Assembly (NCBI GenBank): GCA_012518455.1
Contig: JAAYSA010000050.1
Coordinates: forward strand, 1 to 61,173
From: Erysipelotrichaceae bacterium
GTDB lineage: Bacteria; Bacillota_I; Bacilli_A; RFN20; CAG-826
DNA length: 61,173 bases
Direction of reading: 5' to 3'
Positions 49,734-59,872 of this stretch are shown here, piece by piece. The notes below the pieces were generated by a model that made no database searches, was not told the origin of the DNA, and saw only the letters and a program-made list of their open reading frames with translations. How positions within the stretch are numbered: position 1 is the stretch's first letter; each line of letters begins with the position of its first letter. The position numbers and the translations under genes are program-made.

Positions 49734-50327
49734 TTAAGCATCAAGATTGTTAACTTCTTCCTTCTTTTCAATTTCTTCTTTTTTATTAGTCGCGACGACT
49801 ACTCTAGCAGGACGAATCATCCTATCGTGGAGAAGATAACCACGTGAGATAATTCTAATAATATGGTTTGGTTTTATGTCTTCGCTAAATTCAACATCTA
49901 GAGCATGCATCTTAGTAGCATCGAAGAGTTGACCAACTTTAGGATTTATCTCTTTTACACCTTCTGCTTTTAAGATTTCAATTAATTGGTTATAAATGTA
50001 GGTAAAACCAATTAAGTAGTTTTTAACTGTTGGATCATCTTGTTCAATTGAGATTGCATGATTGAATCCATCTAAAACTAGAAGGAGGTTATCAATAAAG
50101 CCCATCGTACGATACTTAAGAAAGTCCGCGCGATCTTTTTCGTTTTGCTTTCTTGTATTATCCATATCTGCAAGAGCACGGTAATATTTATCTTCCCACA
50201 TCTTTGCTTCAAGCTTTAGTTTTTCAACTTTTGATAACTTCTTTTTTTCTTTCCTTGAAAGTTTTACATCTTCAGACTTTTCTTCTAGTATTTCTTCTTT
50301 AATTTTTAGTTCTTCGTTTTTATTCAT
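49734..50327 (-). CDS. grpE: Nucleotide exchange factor GrpE
   Basis: Coiled-coil N-terminus, YRALADMDNTRKQ, C-terminal beta domain. Confidence 0.92.
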   Translation of the reverse strand: MNKNEELKIKEEILEEKSEDVKLSRKEKKKLSKVEKLKLEAKMWEDKYYRALADMDNTRKQNEKDRADFLKYRTMGFIDNLLLVLDGFNHAISIEQDDPTVKNYLIGFTYIYNQLIEILKAEGVKEINPKVGQLFDATKMHALDVEFSEDIKPNHIIRIISRGYLLHDRMIRPARVVVATNKKEEIEKKEEVNNLDA

Positions 50328-51336
50328 CTTTTATCTCACTTTCTCTTTCAAAATAAGTTTCTAAGGCGTCGGTCACATATTCTAGAGCATTAACGACAAG
50401 AGCATAATCCATACGTTTAGGGCCCACGAGGGCAATTTGCCCTTCTTTATGACCTGGAATCTTAAATGTTGAGCTAATGATACTAAGTTCACCCTCACCT
50501 TCGCCGATGTTGATGGCAAAGTCGCCTTCGTGGGCGGCAAGATTTTTGATTTTCTCAGGATCATCAAGGATTGAGATAAGTTTTCTAATCTTTTCAGCAT
50601 CATTAATAAATTCTGGTTGTTCAAGTAAACTTTCTTTGCCGTATAAACTAAGCCGATCTTTTGCGTAGCGAACAAAGGCTTCCGTAAAAGCATCATAGAT
50701 TACTTGTGTTTCAATAACATAATCACTTAAAAGTGGACGTAAATTCTCCATTTTTGCGATTACATCACAAATTTTTGTACCTTGAAGACGTTCGTTAAAG
50801 GTATTGACTACTTTACCTAGATCTTTAAAGGAAGTTTCCTCTGGTAATAGAAATGTCTTATGTTCAACGTAGCCTTGATCGGTAATAAAGACCGCGGTTG
50901 CGCTTCGATTGGTAAGGGGGACAACTTGAATTGATTTTAGTGTTTCATCTTGAGCACTTGGACCAAGAACAACACTAGCTAGATTTGTCATATGTGAGAG
51001 AATTTCACAACTTGCCCGAATTACCTCATCAATTGATTTTGTTTTTGCATCAATTAATGTTTGTACTTGCCGCTTTAAGTTTTCATCAATTTCTTTACTA
51101 CGAAGATGTTCGATGTAATACTCATAGCCTTTACTACTAGGTACTCTGCCACTTGAAGTATGTGTTTTTTCTAAAAAACCTGCTTCTTCTAGCGCATTCA
51201 TTTCAGCACGAATTGTCGCACTGCTATAAGGAAGTTTAAAATTTTCTAATAGAGTATTTGAACCAACCGGAACAGCAGTTTTAACAAAATGTTCAACCGT
51301 ATATTTTAAGATTAGTTCTCGCCTTCTTAGTTGCAT
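50320..51336 (-). CDS. hrcA: Heat-inducible transcription repressor HrcA
   Basis: N-terminal wHTH VGSNTLLE...SSATIRAEMNALEEAGFLEKTHTSSGRVPS; CIRCE upstream. Confidence 0.93.
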   Translation of the reverse strand: MQLRRRELILKYTVEHFVKTAVPVGSNTLLENFKLPYSSATIRAEMNALEEAGFLEKTHTSSGRVPSSKGYEYYIEHLRSKEIDENLKRQVQTLIDAKTKSIDEVIRASCEILSHMTNLASVVLGPSAQDETLKSIQVVPLTNRSATAVFITDQGYVEHKTFLLPEETSFKDLGKVVNTFNERLQGTKICDVIAKMENLRPLLSDYVIETQVIYDAFTEAFVRYAKDRLSLYGKESLLEQPEFINDAEKIRKLISILDDPEKIKNLAAHEGDFAINIGEGEGELSIISSTFKIPGHKEGQIALVGPKRMDYALVVNALEYVTDALETYFERESEIKDE

Positions 51337-51350
51337 CGTCTACCTCCTTT

Positions 51351-51377
51351 TTGGCACTTGCTAACTTCAAGTGCTAA
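51351..51377 (-). promoter_or_regulatory. CIRCE operator
   Basis: Minus strand TTAGCACTT-N9-AAGTGCCAA vs consensus TTAGCACTC-N9-GAGTGCTAA, between -10 and hrcA start. Confidence 0.88.
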
Positions 51378-51381
51378 CTCT

Positions 51382-51409
51382 ATTATACTCATGGTTTTGG
51401 CAGTGTCAA
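51382..51409 (-). promoter_or_regulatory. hrcA operon promoter TTGACA-16-TATAAT
   Basis: Minus strand TTGACA (51409-51404), TATAAT (51387-51382). Confidence 0.7.
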
Positions 51410-51423
51410 CCTTTAAGTGCCAA
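51397..51423 (-). promoter_or_regulatory. Second, degenerate CIRCE-like inverted repeat overlapping the -35
   Basis: Plus strand TTGGCAGTG-N9-AAGTGCCAA, 7/9 arm complementarity. Confidence 0.5.
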
Positions 51424-51518
51424 AAAGTTTAAATTTTTATCTTTTTTATATAGAAAAAATCAAAAAGCGATTTTATCATCGCCTTTTTCATTTTAAAAAA
51501 TATAATAATTTCTTTTAT

Positions 51519-52598
51519 TTAGATAATTTTTCGAAGAATATAATCGAGTTTTATTAAGCTTTCACGCGTGCATGAAACGCGCCCGTTTTCTATTTTAAGA
51601 AAGCCTTCGCTTATTAATCTAGTAACTATTTGGCTATTAAGAGGAAAAGGTTCTTTTACTTTATTTTCATAATCACTTAATAAAAAGCCTTTAGTTAATC
51701 TAAGATTTAGCATCAAATATTCATCTTTATATGTAGCATCATCAATTATTTCTTCTTTTATTTTTGCTTTTCCATTTAAATAAGAAGAAAAATTGCCGCC
51801 AATGCTATAGCGGACACGGTTTAAGTAACCACTTGCCCCATACCCTACCCCATAATATTCTCTATTTTCCCAATATGTTAAATTATGAAGTGATTCAAAA
51901 CCAGGTTTTGCAAAATTACTAACTTCGTAGCGCATAAACCCATTCTTTTCAAGTGTATTTAAAATTAATTCATACATTGCTGCTTCTTTATCTTCGCCCG
52001 CTTCTTCCCATGAGGAAAGATGAGCAATTGTATTAGGACAAATTAAAAGCGAATAATAAGAAATATGCTGGATTTCTAGTTTAATGGCTCCTATTAAATC
52101 ACACTTAACATCTTCTAAAGTTTGCTTAGGAAGTCCGTATATTAAATCAATACTAATATTTTTAAAGCCGACTTCTTTTGCTAATTTAATCGCCTGATAT
52201 ACATCTTTTTTACTATGACGGCGGCCAATTTTTTTTAATATTTTATCATTAAAAGTTTGGACTCCTAAACTCAGGCGATTAACGCCGTAACGGCGTAAAA
52301 GAAGTAATTTTTCTTTTGTTAAAGTTTCTACATTTGCTTCGCATGTATATTCTTTAACACCTTTTGAATATTTACTCAGTAAAACTAGTAAACTTTCAAG
52401 TTCTTCTAGATTTAAACAAGTTGGCGTTCCGCCACCTAGAAAAATTGTTGCTAAAGAAGTAGGAAAAAAACGCTCAAGATCTCTTTTGAGCGCTTCTAGG
52501 TATGGTTTAATCCATTTTTCTTGATAGATAAATTTTATAAAATCACAGTAGTGACAAAGCGATTTACAAAAAGGGAGATGAACATAAAGACTATTCAT
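51519..52598 (-). CDS. hemW: Radical SAM heme chaperone HemW (HemN-like)
   Basis: LYVHLPFCKSLCHYC radical SAM motif right after ATG 52598; the ORF-track start 52658 overlaps the upstream gene. Confidence 0.88.
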   Translation of the reverse strand: MNSLYVHLPFCKSLCHYCDFIKFIYQEKWIKPYLEALKRDLERFFPTSLATIFLGGGTPTCLNLEELESLLVLLSKYSKGVKEYTCEANVETLTKEKLLLLRRYGVNRLSLGVQTFNDKILKKIGRRHSKKDVYQAIKLAKEVGFKNISIDLIYGLPKQTLEDVKCDLIGAIKLEIQHISYYSLLICPNTIAHLSSWEEAGEDKEAAMYELILNTLEKNGFMRYEVSNFAKPGFESLHNLTYWENREYYGVGYGASGYLNRVRYSIGGNFSSYLNGKAKIKEEIIDDATYKDEYLMLNLRLTKGFLLSDYENKVKEPFPLNSQIVTRLISEGFLKIENGRVSCTRESLIKLDYILRKII

Positions 52599-52821
52599 CT
52601 TTTTTATTGGCTTCTTCGTGAAATTTAGCCATTTCAATTTGTGTTTCTTCATCCTCAATTGGTTCTAAAACACGTTGTAGTTCTTCATGAACTGCTGTTT
52701 CTTCATCAATAACTCCATCTTTTTCTTTAATTCCTGGTACGAATTTACGAAGAAGAAAAACAAGGAGGGCGATTGCTCCAAAAAAGAGAATAATGAGTAT
52801 TAATATAACAAAAGGATTCAT
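52591..52821 (-). CDS. Small membrane-anchored acidic protein (76 aa)
   Basis: One N-terminal TM (FVILILIILFFGAIALLVFLL) plus acidic tail; stop overlaps hemW start (ATGAATAG). Confidence 0.5.
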   Translation of the reverse strand: MNPFVILILIILFFGAIALLVFLLRKFVPGIKEKDGVIDEETAVHEELQRVLEPIEDEETQIEMAKFHEEANKKDE

Positions 52822-52835
52822 AATATGCTCTCTTT

Positions 52836-54326
52836 CTATTTATTCTTTAGGCGGATTGGTGTGTAAATGAATTTATTTTTAAACTTTTCTTTACGGTAAT
52901 ATCCGCTTGCTGCTAGATGTTCCATTGAAGTTCTTGCCGTCTCATATGCACAGCCAATTTCGTTTTTAAATTGTGAAATTGTGTAATATTTTCCCATTGT
53001 ACAGTGACGGGCATAAAAATAGGCTTCTGCTCTAGATAAACTTGGGTCCATTTCCATTAAATGGCGTTCAATTTTTTGGGCGTCATGCTCGGTTAAGCCA
53101 ACTGGAAGCGATTCAATTGCAATCTCTAGTTTAGTTTCAATTTTTTGCCTTGCGTCAGGACTAAAATCTTTTACTTGTTCCTCAACCTTATAAGTTGGAT
53201 TTACATCTTCTGCCACTTTAAAGGGAACAAAATCAGGTTCTTTTAATTCTTCCGGCTTTATAGGAGCGCTTTCTCCGTTAGCGACAGTAATTTCAAGCGG
53301 AGCTTCTTCTTTAAAAAGATCTTCGACAGCTTTTTCTTCTTTAAGACTATATTGTTCTTCAATAATTGGTCGACGCTTAATTTGAAAGATTGATTCATTA
53401 AGTTCTTCAATAATTAAAGCACATAAATCAGTCATATAATCGACTAAATATGTAAGGTCATTCGTCATTTTAACTTCATACATTACTTCTTGAATTTGCG
53501 CATAATTTTTAGCTAAAACAGTTTCTAGATTTAAAAAGACCGCGAGTTCTTGAAGATCATGCGTTTGTAGGAACCCTTTAGCAAATAAAACAGCGAGCTC
53601 TTCGCTATAGTATTCAAAGGGTTTAATGTAGTCAAAATAGTAATAAACAGCGACAAACTTTACAAACATTGGTGCACTGCTTGATTGAATAAAGGCGAGT
53701 AAATCATCTAAAGAATCATGAATTTGATTTACAGGTACAAAGAGTTGAATTGGATTAATTGTGGCCTTAGAAACGCCAGTTTCTGTTTTTCGATACAAAT
53801 GTTGTTCATTACCATTAAATAGGGCACTTAATGCTTCAACATAATTTACATCAAGTGGAATATTTGTATTTTTTAATAGGTGAGTAAGAGCTCGATGATA
53901 GTTAACAAGAATTATTTCTTGGGCACTAATAGCACTTACATGACCACTAACAAGTTGAGCATAAAAGCGTGGTTCAACTTGGATTTGATATTTGTCTGCA
54001 ATTTGAGAAACGATGGCTTCTGCTTGAGTAACACGAAGCTGTGTTAATTGGTTATGATCTTGTGAGAAAAGAGCAAAATCGCGCATGAGACGCGTTAAAC
54101 TTCTTTCAATTTGAGCAATTTTATCACTAATTTTTGGTGTTAAAACAACACTTAAACGGTTTTTTTCAACCGTTCTTAGAGTTAAAAGTTTCTTAAATTG
54201 AGCACGATATGTTAAAATTTCGTTCCATATGTCACTAATTAATGCGGTACCAAGTTCTCGAGTAACCTGATTTTTAGTCGCGTATTTGTCGTTACTAAAA
54301 TACTCTCCTCTATTAACTCTTCTCAT
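52836..54326 (-). CDS. Fic-fold protein with degenerate active-site motif and C-terminal winged HTH
   Basis: VAVYYYFDYIKPFEYYSEELAVLF aligns with Fic [21 protein letters not shown] (His and GNGR lost); C-terminal YYTISQFKNEIGCAYETARTSMEHLAASGYY; SD gaggtga. Confidence 0.55.
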   Translation of the reverse strand: MRRVNRGEYFSNDKYATKNQVTRELGTALISDIWNEILTYRAQFKKLLTLRTVEKNRLSVVLTPKISDKIAQIERSLTRLMRDFALFSQDHNQLTQLRVTQAEAIVSQIADKYQIQVEPRFYAQLVSGHVSAISAQEIILVNYHRALTHLLKNTNIPLDVNYVEALSALFNGNEQHLYRKTETGVSKATINPIQLFVPVNQIHDSLDDLLAFIQSSSAPMFVKFVAVYYYFDYIKPFEYYSEELAVLFAKGFLQTHDLQELAVFLNLETVLAKNYAQIQEVMYEVKMTNDLTYLVDYMTDLCALIIEELNESIFQIKRRPIIEEQYSLKEEKAVEDLFKEEAPLEITVANGESAPIKPEELKEPDFVPFKVAEDVNPTYKVEEQVKDFSPDARQKIETKLEIAIESLPVGLTEHDAQKIERHLMEMDPSLSRAEAYFYARHCTMGKYYTISQFKNEIGCAYETARTSMEHLAASGYYRKEKFKNKFIYTPIRLKNK

Positions 54327-54377
54327 ATTCTCACCTCGTATACATAGTTATTTTACCATTAAATTGGTAAAGTTCTA

Positions 54378-54410
54378 CAGTTAAAACTATTTAATTACTA
54401 ATTATATACT
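54378..54410 (-). repeat. 11-bp phased AGTA units (3) between lepA and the Fic-like gene
   Basis: Minus strand AGTATATAATT AGTAATTAAAT AGTTTTAACTG. Confidence 0.6.
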
Positions 54411-54437
54411 AATTCGCCGATTGCTATGTTTGTTTTT

Positions 54438-56246
54438 TTATTCATCATCAATAGAAAGAACACTCATAAATGCTTCTTGTGGTATTTCAACACTACCAAC
54501 CATCTTCATTCGTTTCTTTCCTTCTTTTTGTTTTTCTAGAAGTTTGCGTTTTCTTGTAATATCTCCCCCGTAGCACTTAGCTAAAACGTCTTTTCGAACT
54601 GCTTTTATGTCAGTTCTAGCAATTACTTTATTGTTAATTACCGCTTGAATTGGTACTTCAAATTGCTGGCGCGGAATAATCTTTTTAAGTTTACGACAAA
54701 TCGCAATTCCGCGATTAAATGCCGTAGGTCGATAGACAATTGTTGAAAGTGCATCAACGACTTCCCCGTTTAGTAATATATCCATTTTGACTAAATTACT
54801 AGCATGATATGCACTAAAAGTATAATCAAGCGTAGCATAGCCTCTTGAAACACTCTTAAGCCGATCAAAGAAATTATAAACAACTTCTGCAAGCGGTAAT
54901 TCATATTTTAAAATCATTCTTGTATCATCAAAATGATCAAGTGCAACATAGATTCCTCGCTTATCTTGACATAACTCCATAAGTGGACCAACAAATTCTG
55001 ATGGAGTCATAACTTCTGCAATAACAAATGGTTCTTCAATTCGATCAATTAGCATTACTTTAGGAAGTTTAGCAGGGTTATCCACTACTAGTTTTTCGCC
55101 GCTTGTTAAATAGACGTGATAAATTACACTTGGCGCAGTCAAAATTAAATCTAAATCATATTCTCGTTCAAGACGTTCTTGAACAACATCCATATGTAAA
55201 AGACCTAAAAAGCCACATCTAAAGCCAAAACCTAATGCTTGGCTAGTTTCAGGTTCAAAGTGAAGACTAGCATCATTAAGAGCTAATTTTTCTAAGGCTT
55301 CTTTTAGGTCGCCGTATTTACTACTTTCAGTAGGATACAATCCGCAGAAAACCATCGGGTTAATTTTTCGATAACCAGGAAGAGGCTCGCTTGTAGGAGA
55401 GGAAGCTAAAGTAATCGTTTCGCCCGAATGAATATCACGAATATCTTTAATTTGAGCGGCAATAAAACCAACTTCTCCTGCTTCAAGAGAATTACGTTTT
55501 TCTTCTTCTGGCGTTCTTACACCAAGTTCGGTAACAATATACTTTTTATTTGTTGACATGAGTAAAATTTCATCGCCAACTTTAATCGTGCCCTCTTTAA
55601 TACGAGCTAAAACAATAACACCTCGATATTGATCATAATAACTATCAAAAATAAGTGCTTTTAAAGGTGCTTTTGCGTTCCCGCTTGGTGCAGGAATCTC
55701 ACGAACTATTGCCTCTAAAACAGCTTCTATATTAATCGCATTTTTAGCTGAAATTTCTATTGAATCTTCAGCATCTAGACCAATCCGATTACGAATTTCA
55801 CTTTTAACATGCCCAATATCTGCATTTGGTAAATCAATTTTATTTATAATTGGAATAATAAAAAGATCATTATCAACTGCTAAATATACATTAGCAAGAG
55901 TTTGAGCTTCTACACCTTGAGAAGCATCAACAACTAAAAGAGCACCCTCACATGCTGCTAGACTTCTACTTACCTCATAAGTAAAGTCAACATGCCCAGG
56001 AGTATCAATTAGATTTAAAATGTATTTTTCACCATCTTTTGCTTTATATTCAAGAGTAACAGCGTTTAATTTTATCGTGATTCCACGCTCTCTTTCTAAG
56101 GAAAGTGTGTCAAGAAGTTGATCTTTCATTAAACGCTTTTCAACTCTACCAGTTGCCTCAATTAGACGATCTGCTAGAGTTGATTTTCCATGGTCAATAT
56201 GGGCAATTATAGAAAAATTACGAATGTTTTTTTGTTTAGTTGCCAT
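54438..56246 (-). CDS. lepA: Translation elongation factor 4 (LepA)
   Basis: [34 protein letters not shown]; ATG 56246 with SD ggagg. Confidence 0.95.
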   Translation of the reverse strand: MATKQKNIRNFSIIAHIDHGKSTLADRLIEATGRVEKRLMKDQLLDTLSLERERGITIKLNAVTLEYKAKDGEKYILNLIDTPGHVDFTYEVSRSLAACEGALLVVDASQGVEAQTLANVYLAVDNDLFIIPIINKIDLPNADIGHVKSEIRNRIGLDAEDSIEISAKNAINIEAVLEAIVREIPAPSGNAKAPLKALIFDSYYDQYRGVIVLARIKEGTIKVGDEILLMSTNKKYIVTELGVRTPEEEKRNSLEAGEVGFIAAQIKDIRDIHSGETITLASSPTSEPLPGYRKINPMVFCGLYPTESSKYGDLKEALEKLALNDASLHFEPETSQALGFGFRCGFLGLLHMDVVQERLEREYDLDLILTAPSVIYHVYLTSGEKLVVDNPAKLPKVMLIDRIEEPFVIAEVMTPSEFVGPLMELCQDKRGIYVALDHFDDTRMILKYELPLAEVVYNFFDRLKSVSRGYATLDYTFSAYHASNLVKMDILLNGEVVDALSTIVYRPTAFNRGIAICRKLKKIIPRQQFEVPIQAVINNKVIARTDIKAVRKDVLAKCYGGDITRKRKLLEKQKEGKKRMKMVGSVEIPQEAFMSVLSIDDE

Positions 56247-58641
56247 ATTGACCTCCTTTTTTTTCGTTAGTAGCATTATCACATTTTTTATCTCTTGTTT
56301 CAATTGAAACAAAAAACCTATGTGTTAATTCATATGCATGTGAGGGATTATCAACATAGTGTCTTAGCCCGTTATAGCTATGAATTATCGTGCGATATGG
56401 GTTTTCTAAGTACCTTTCATCAACAAGAAGGACAAAGCCTTTATCTGTTTCACTTCTAATAAGACGACCCATTGCTTGAAGGACGCGGTTTATACCAGGA
56501 TTAATATAGGTATATGCAAAGCCTTTCCCATCATATCTTCGGCGATATGCAGCATAAATTCGATCTAAATCTTCATCCATTCTAGGGAAGCCAACTCCAA
56601 TAATAATTACACCAATTAATCGATCATCTGGTAGATCTATTCCTTCAGAAAAAATACCTCCCATTACAGTTAAACCAAGTAGCGACCTAGAAGGATTTTC
56701 AACAAATGAATTTAGAAATTTTACTCGTTCTTCATCGTTCATATCTTTTGTTTGAACGACTAAATCATAATCATCTTTTGTTTCTAAATAACTTTTAATG
56801 TTTTCTAAATAAGCATAACTTGGGCAATAAATAAGATAATTACCAACTTTTGCACTTATAGCCGTTAAAATATAGTCTGCTACTTCTCCATATGTTTCAT
56901 CTCTTTTTTTGTATGTTGTAGCAACATCAGTTGCAATCATTAAAAGTAAATTCTTCCTAGGAAAAGGGTTAGGAAGAGTAATAACAGTATCATTTTCTTC
57001 GATTCCAAGGACATCTTTATAAAAATTTAGCGGACCTAGTGTCGCGCTAAAAAGAAGGGATCCACGAGTTTTTAGTAAACCTTCGCGAATATAGGAGCTT
57101 GGATCTAAACATAGAATACGAAGAGCAGGCAACATACCTTCTTTAAAAACTACATAACTTTCGAGATTTTCGCTACTTATTTCACTTAGTTTTAAATAAC
57201 GAGAGACATCAAAATATAAATCTTTAAGTGTCTTACTTACAAGATCGGTATACTCATAAATAAATGTTTGAGCAGCATTGTTAAAAGAAATAAGGGCTTT
57301 ATTTAATTCAACTAAAACTTCATTAATTGATCCTTCCTCTTCAGGAGTAAGTTCTTTAAGCAATTCAATTTGGGCAATTACTTTATTTATTGTTGTCTTA
57401 AATTTTCTTTTGCTAAAACTACGGAGTTCCTTTTTTACTGTATAGAATGAGTAAAATTCGAGGAGAACACTATAATTATCGCGTACTCTTTCTACTAGAT
57501 TATGCGCTTCATCAATTAAAGAAACATAATTATCATTATAATCATCAAAAAAGCGTCTTAAGTATGCATTTGGATCAAATAAATAGTTATAATCGCCAAT
57601 GATATAATCAACAAAAAGTGAGATATCAAGTTGGAGTTCAAAAGGACAAACACCGTGTTTTAGGGCATATTTTAAGATTGTTTCTTTATCAAATAAATTA
57701 TCGCTATTTATCATTTCAAAAAGAATATCTTTTAATTTTCCGTAATAATTTTTTGTATATGGACATTCTTCTGGGTTACAGGCTACAGTTTCATTAACAC
57801 ATATTTTTTCTTTAGCAGTTATAAATACACCTTTTGTATGTAATCCTGCCCTAATAAGAGAATCTAGTGCATCATATGCGGTTTTTTGCGTACTGCCTTT
57901 AGCAGTAAAATAGAAAACTTTTTCTAGCTTTTCGCGGTAAAATTCTTTAGCAGTAGGATATAGGACTGCCATTGTTTTACCAATCCCAGTAGGAGCTTCA
58001 ATAAGTGTAATCCCACCATTTTTAAGCATCTCTTTTGTTGCTAAAAGCATTTCCTCTTGGCCATTTCTTTTATTTTCAAAAGGAAAAGGAAGATTTTTAG
58101 CGCTTTGATTTCGTAATCTTTTGTGATTATAAACATTGTCATAAAAAGAGAGAAAACTCGATAAAAAGCCAATTACTATTTCTTCTAATTCTTTAGTAAA
58201 AAAGCAGTATTTATGTGTCTTTTTTTCTTCATCGAGTTGATTAATATAAACGAGGTGTATATTGATTATCTCTAAATCTAACTCATGAGCAATCATAAGA
58301 GCATAACACTGCGCTTGACCTAAATGCCAATTACTATTTGAAAGAAAAAATTCATCAAGATCTATATTTGTTGATTTTATTTCTTCAATGATGACTTTAC
58401 CGTTATTGAATATTACACCATCTGCAAAACCGCGAAGAGTAATTTCAAAACTACCAATTTTAAAGGTTTCTTCTACTGCATATTCAGATTTATAATCATC
58501 ATTTTGCTGTTGTTGATAATATGTATGAATATGAGTACCTCTTGTCATTGATGCAAGATTAAAAATGCGGTCATCTATATCACCTGACCGTAAAACAAAA
58601 TCAACTAATTCATGAACACTTAGATTAATCTTCTTTTTCAT
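56236..58641 (-). CDS. PD-(D/E)XK nuclease domain fused to XPD/DinG-family Fe-S DNA helicase
   Basis: N-terminal GFADGV...EEIKST...QAQCY (RecB/Cas4-like D, ExK, QxxxY); APTGIGKT, Cys cluster [15 protein letters not shown]...CPFE, DEAH (LIDEAHNL). Confidence 0.75.
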   Translation of the reverse strand: MKKKINLSVHELVDFVLRSGDIDDRIFNLASMTRGTHIHTYYQQQQNDDYKSEYAVEETFKIGSFEITLRGFADGVIFNNGKVIIEEIKSTNIDLDEFFLSNSNWHLGQAQCYALMIAHELDLEIINIHLVYINQLDEEKKTHKYCFFTKELEEIVIGFLSSFLSFYDNVYNHKRLRNQSAKNLPFPFENKRNGQEEMLLATKEMLKNGGITLIEAPTGIGKTMAVLYPTAKEFYREKLEKVFYFTAKGSTQKTAYDALDSLIRAGLHTKGVFITAKEKICVNETVACNPEECPYTKNYYGKLKDILFEMINSDNLFDKETILKYALKHGVCPFELQLDISLFVDYIIGDYNYLFDPNAYLRRFFDDYNDNYVSLIDEAHNLVERVRDNYSVLLEFYSFYTVKKELRSFSKRKFKTTINKVIAQIELLKELTPEEEGSINEVLVELNKALISFNNAAQTFIYEYTDLVSKTLKDLYFDVSRYLKLSEISSENLESYVVFKEGMLPALRILCLDPSSYIREGLLKTRGSLLFSATLGPLNFYKDVLGIEENDTVITLPNPFPRKNLLLMIATDVATTYKKRDETYGEVADYILTAISAKVGNYLIYCPSYAYLENIKSYLETKDDYDLVVQTKDMNDEERVKFLNSFVENPSRSLLGLTVMGGIFSEGIDLPDDRLIGVIIIGVGFPRMDEDLDRIYAAYRRRYDGKGFAYTYINPGINRVLQAMGRLIRSETDKGFVLLVDERYLENPYRTIIHSYNGLRHYVDNPSHAYELTHRFFVSIETRDKKCDNATNEKKGGQYGN

Positions 58642-58692
58642 CTTTACTTATTATCTACTAATTAACTACTAATTATTTACTCTTAATAAACT
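58638..58692 (-). repeat. 11-bp phased AGTA repeat array (5 units) filling the whole fmt-helicase spacer
   Basis: Minus strand AGTTTATTAAG AGTAAATAATT AGTAGTTAATT AGTAGATAATA AGTAAAGATGA (contains the helicase ATG). Confidence 0.8.
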
Positions 58693-58693
58693 T

Positions 58694-59635
58694 TTACTTA
58701 AAAACTCGAGTTTCTGGATCTTGTAAGCCATTTAGAAAATCTTTATAGGATAAAATTACTCTTCCTCCTCTTTGAAGTCTTAGTAATGATAGGATTCCGC
58801 CATTAACTTGAATGTAAAATCCACTCTTATTCGCTTGAATAACTGACCCTAACGGTGCTAGATTTTCACGCGACACAATCTCAACTTTAAATAATTTAAT
58901 TTCTTCTTCATCCATTCTAATTTTCGTACCTGGTGAAGGAGATAGGGCTCTTACTTTACCTACAATTACCTCAATATCATCTAAAACGCTAACTTGTTCT
59001 TCTTCAGGTTTTATACTCGGAGCAAATGTTACAAGTTCTTCGTTTTGTTCTTCACCGACTAGTTCGCCGTTTAGGTATTTTTCTAAACTTTCGACTGTGA
59101 GATCAAATGCCGCATCAACCATTTTATTTGCAAGATTACTAAAATCATCTTTTGGTTCAATTAAAAACTTCTTTTTTGCATACATTCTACCTGCATCCAT
59201 TTTTTCAACCATTTCCATTAATGTAACGCCAGTTTCTTTATCATTATTCATTAAGGCATATTGAATTGGCGCAGCTCCACGATACTTTGGTAATAGCGAA
59301 CCATGATAATTTAGACAACCATATCTAGGATAATTTATTACTTCGCTAGGGATAATTTGTCCGTATGCAAAGCATAAAATTAGGTCTGGTTTCGTTTCGC
59401 TTAGAAAAGAAAAATCACTTCTAATTCGATGAGGTTGAAATACAGGAATACCATGTTTTTTCGCTACTACTTTAGTTGGAACATCTAAAACAAGACGTTT
59501 TCTTCCAGCGGGTTTATCAGGTTGAGCAACAACTCCAACAATGTTAAGCCCAAGATTAATGAGCTTTTCAAGTAAAGCCGCACTTATCTCTGGTGTTCCT
59601 AAATAAACAATTCTAATACTTTTGCTTTTAGTCAT
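58694..59635 (-). CDS. fmt: Methionyl-tRNA formyltransferase
   Basis: IVYLGTPE, YHGSLLPKYRGAAPIQ; ATG 59635 or GTG 59644. Confidence 0.93.
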   Translation of the reverse strand: MTKSKSIRIVYLGTPEISAALLEKLINLGLNIVGVVAQPDKPAGRKRLVLDVPTKVVAKKHGIPVFQPHRIRSDFSFLSETKPDLILCFAYGQIIPSEVINYPRYGCLNYHGSLLPKYRGAAPIQYALMNNDKETGVTLMEMVEKMDAGRMYAKKKFLIEPKDDFSNLANKMVDAAFDLTVESLEKYLNGELVGEEQNEELVTFAPSIKPEEEQVSVLDDIEVIVGKVRALSPSPGTKIRMDEEEIKLFKVEIVSRENLAPLGSVIQANKSGFYIQVNGGILSLLRLQRGGRVILSYKDFLNGLQDPETRVFK

Positions 59636-59810
59636 ATTTATCACGTAAATATTATACTAAATTTAACATTGTATCTAAAGGTAAATATCTTTCGCTTTTT
59701 TTAAAAATAATAAACTCACCTTTAATGTTTTTTATCGTAACATTGGATAAATGTATTACAAAAAAATAAAAGTACCAAAACTGCGTTTTATGCCGTTTTA
59801 AGTTATTTTA

Positions 59811-59839
59811 TTGCTTACTTTTTGCCGTTTTGATATAAT
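59811..59839 (+). promoter_or_regulatory. rpsT promoter TTGCTT-17-TGaTATAAT
   Basis: TTGCTT 59811-59816, TATAAT 59834-59839 with TG at 59831-59832. Confidence 0.6.
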
Positions 59840-59872
59840 CAATAAGGAATAAATTTAGTTAAGGAGATTCAC

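Noticed and set aside
50382-50696. 104-aa same-strand alternative-frame ORF inside hrcA
   Set aside because: It lies completely within the HrcA coding frame, and no motif or SD is present.
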